64,000 nucleotides of DNA from an uncultured Erysipelotrichaceae bacterium (lineage in GTDB: Bacteria; Bacillota_I; Bacilli_A; RF39; UBA660), in the NCBI GenBank assembly GCA_902795215.1, contig CADBKG010000008.1:8749-72748 (forward strand), written 5' to 3'. A program made the position numbers and the translations under genes. Shown here one piece after another: positions 62,547 through 64,000 of this stretch (position 1 is the stretch's first letter; every line of letters begins with the position of its first letter). The notes under the pieces are model-generated. The model did no database searches. It saw nothing but the letters and a program-made list of their open reading frames with translations, and was not told the origin of the DNA.

Positions 62547-64000
62547 ATGAGCGAGCTTCCAAATAATAAAAACCTATTAGAAGCTATTGAAGCAGCGGAA
62601 AAAGAGCTTAAGAAACTTGAAAAATCAAAAACAAGATCTAAGAAAAATAAATATAAAAGAGTTTATAAAGCTGTTGATAACGCTTATAATCTTTTAAATC
62701 ATGAAATATATACAAAGGAAGAACTTGATAACCGAGAAGATTTAATATGGAAAGCTTTGAGAGATGACGACGATAAAGGGTTATTCTTATGGGTTACGAG
62801 ATTATTGCTTCTAGCATTGCTTCTTCTTGCTATAGTTGGAGGATATGCTTTTGTAACAAAAGTTCTTCATATAGGTGATGGAAGTATTCCAAATTTGAAT
62901 ATTGATACTGATGGTGATGGTATACCAAATATTAATATTGATTATAAAGGAAATGGAAAATTTGTGTTTAATATTGATACTAATGGTGATGGTATACCAG
63001 ATAAAAACCTTATGAATCAAGATTTAGATGGTGATGGAGTTTGTGATTTAAACTGTGATACAAATAAAGATGGATGGCCAGATATAAATATAGATTATAA
63101 TGGTGATGGAAAAGCTGATTTAAATATTGATACAAATAATGATGGAAAACCAGATATTAATTATGATTTTGATGGAGATGGAAGACCAGATGTTAATGTA
63201 GATACTAACAAAGATGGAAAACCCAATAAAAACTTAAAAAATCAAGATACCAATGGTGATGGTAAATGTGATTTAAATTGTGATACAAATAAAGATGGAA
63301 TTCCAGATGTAAATATCGATATAAATGGAGATAAAAAACCAGATATAAACATTGATACTAATGGTGATTTAAAACCAGATACAAACATCGACGTAAATAG
63401 CGATGGTAAGCCAGATATAAATGTAGATACCAATGGAGACGGAAAACCAGATAAAAATCCAATGAACCAAGATACAAACAAAGATGGCAAATGTGATTTA
63501 AATTGTGATGTTAATAAAGATGGATTCCCTGATACAAATATTGACGTAAATGGTGATGGCATACCTGATATTAATCTTGATAAAGATGGCGATGGTAAAC
63601 CTGATAAAAACATTGATACTAATGGAGATGGAAAACCAAATCAACAAGTCGAATACGGAGGAAACACATATGGTGACATCGGCGGCAAACCAGTTAATCC
63701 TGTAAACTATGATACTGATGGTGATGGTAAATGTAATATCAACTGTGACTATAATTATGATGGTATCCCAGATGTAAACATCGATATAGATGGAGATGGT
63801 AAACCTGATATAAACGTAGATACAAATGGAGATAAGAAACCAGACATTAATATTGATTACGATAAGGATGGAAAGCCAGATATAAATGTTGATACCAATG
63901 GTGATGGAAAGCCCGATAAAAATCCAATGAATCAAGATACCAACGGTGATGGTAAATGTGATTTGAATTGCGATAAAAACAAAGATGGATGGCCTGATAC
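62547..64000 (+). CDS. membrane-anchored thrombospondin-type-3-like Asp-rich (Ca2+-binding type) repeat protein, 3' end outside the window
   Basis: This gene is not in the ORF track because no stop is reached. It starts at ATG 62547 after AAGAAGGTGA. A ~90-aa cytoplasmic N-terminus is followed by the TM helix WVTRLLLLALLLLAIVGGYAFV. After that come uninterrupted D(T/I/V)(N/D)GDGKPD(I/K)N units with periodic NQDTNGDGKCDLNCD(T/K)NKDG(W/I/F)PD. Confidence 0.85.
   Translation, partial: MSELPNNKNLLEAIEAAEKELKKLEKSKTRSKKNKYKRVYKAVDNAYNLLNHEIYTKEELDNREDLIWKALRDDDDKGLFLWVTRLLLLALLLLAIVGGYAFVTKVLHIGDGSIPNLNIDTDGDGIPNINIDYKGNGKFVFNIDTNGDGIPDKNLMNQDLDGDGVCDLNCDTNKDGWPDINIDYNGDGKADLNIDTNNDGKPDINYDFDGDGRPDVNVDTNKDGKPNKNLKNQDTNGDGKCDLNCDTNKDGIPDVNIDINGDKKPDINIDTNGDLKPDTNIDVNSDGKPDINVDTNGDGKPDKNPMNQDTNKDGKCDLNCDVNKDGFPDTNIDVNGDGIPDINLDKDGDGKPDKNIDTNGDGKPNQQVEYGGNTYGDIGGKPVNPVNYDTDGDGKCNINCDYNYDGIPDVNIDIDGDGKPDINVDTNGDKKPDINIDYDKDGKPDINVDTNGDGKPDKNPMNQDTNGDGKCDLNCDKNKDGWPD
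62880..64000 (+). repeat. nested tandem repeats: ~27-30 nt units within ~230-nt super-repeats
   Basis: gatac(t/a/c)aatggtgatgg(t/a)aaacc(a/t)gat recurs throughout. The Cys-pair unit (ggtaaatgtgatttaaattgtgat) recurs near 63040, 63260, 63490, 63730 and 63950. Confidence 0.85.

Noticed and set aside
62811-63935. Minus-strand ORFs 62811-63020, 63242-63613 and 63498-63935 (Ile/Ser/Phe-rich repeats)
   Set aside because: They are antisense shadows of the GAT/GGT-rich repeat codons of the + strand TSP3-like gene. That + strand gene has an RBS, an ATG, a TM anchor and a coherent repeat structure. The minus ORFs are low-complexity and overlap each other.

Overview
This is a very AT-rich chromosomal segment, roughly 25-30% GC by eye. 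It reads as a low-GC Bacillota genome, possibly an Erysipelotrichia- or Mollicutes-related lineage. Standard code 11 applies: conserved genes are intact with TGA as a stop. All but two genes lie on the + strand. Recognisable core genes are addB-addA, T-box-regulated ileS (type 2) and thrS, yceD-rpmF, a rhomboid protease, tRNA-Met, uvrC, ftsA-ftsZ, an aquaporin, a fused MacB-type ABC transporter and an OmpR/HK two-component system. Between them sit many orphan, N-terminally anchored or secreted Asn/Lys-rich proteins. The most interesting signal is invisible in the ORF track. At 22652-23369 there is a complete type III toxin-antitoxin module: a consensus promoter, 3.2 tandem 34-35 nt GC-rich RNA repeats, an intrinsic terminator, then a ToxN/AbiQ-family endoRNase gene. 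Six other points are notable. (1) Two translationally coupled, divergent sigma-70-like proteins carry long paralogous C-terminal extensions (15523-18380). (2) At the right edge, a matrix-type locus holds two TasA/camelysin-like SipW substrates, SipW with a long tail, and a Cys-containing thrombospondin-type-3-like Asp-repeat membrane protein. (3) A ~2550-aa beta-helix surface protein is followed by a catalytically dead SipW paralog, and a second dead paralog lies near ftsZ. (4) A DUF3800 gene sits immediately 3' of tRNA-Met. (5) A ~40-nt promoter-like element is duplicated in front of two unrelated genes. (6) Two genes are split by single-base homopolymer frameshifts. No rRNA, CRISPR array, integrase or transposase was seen.
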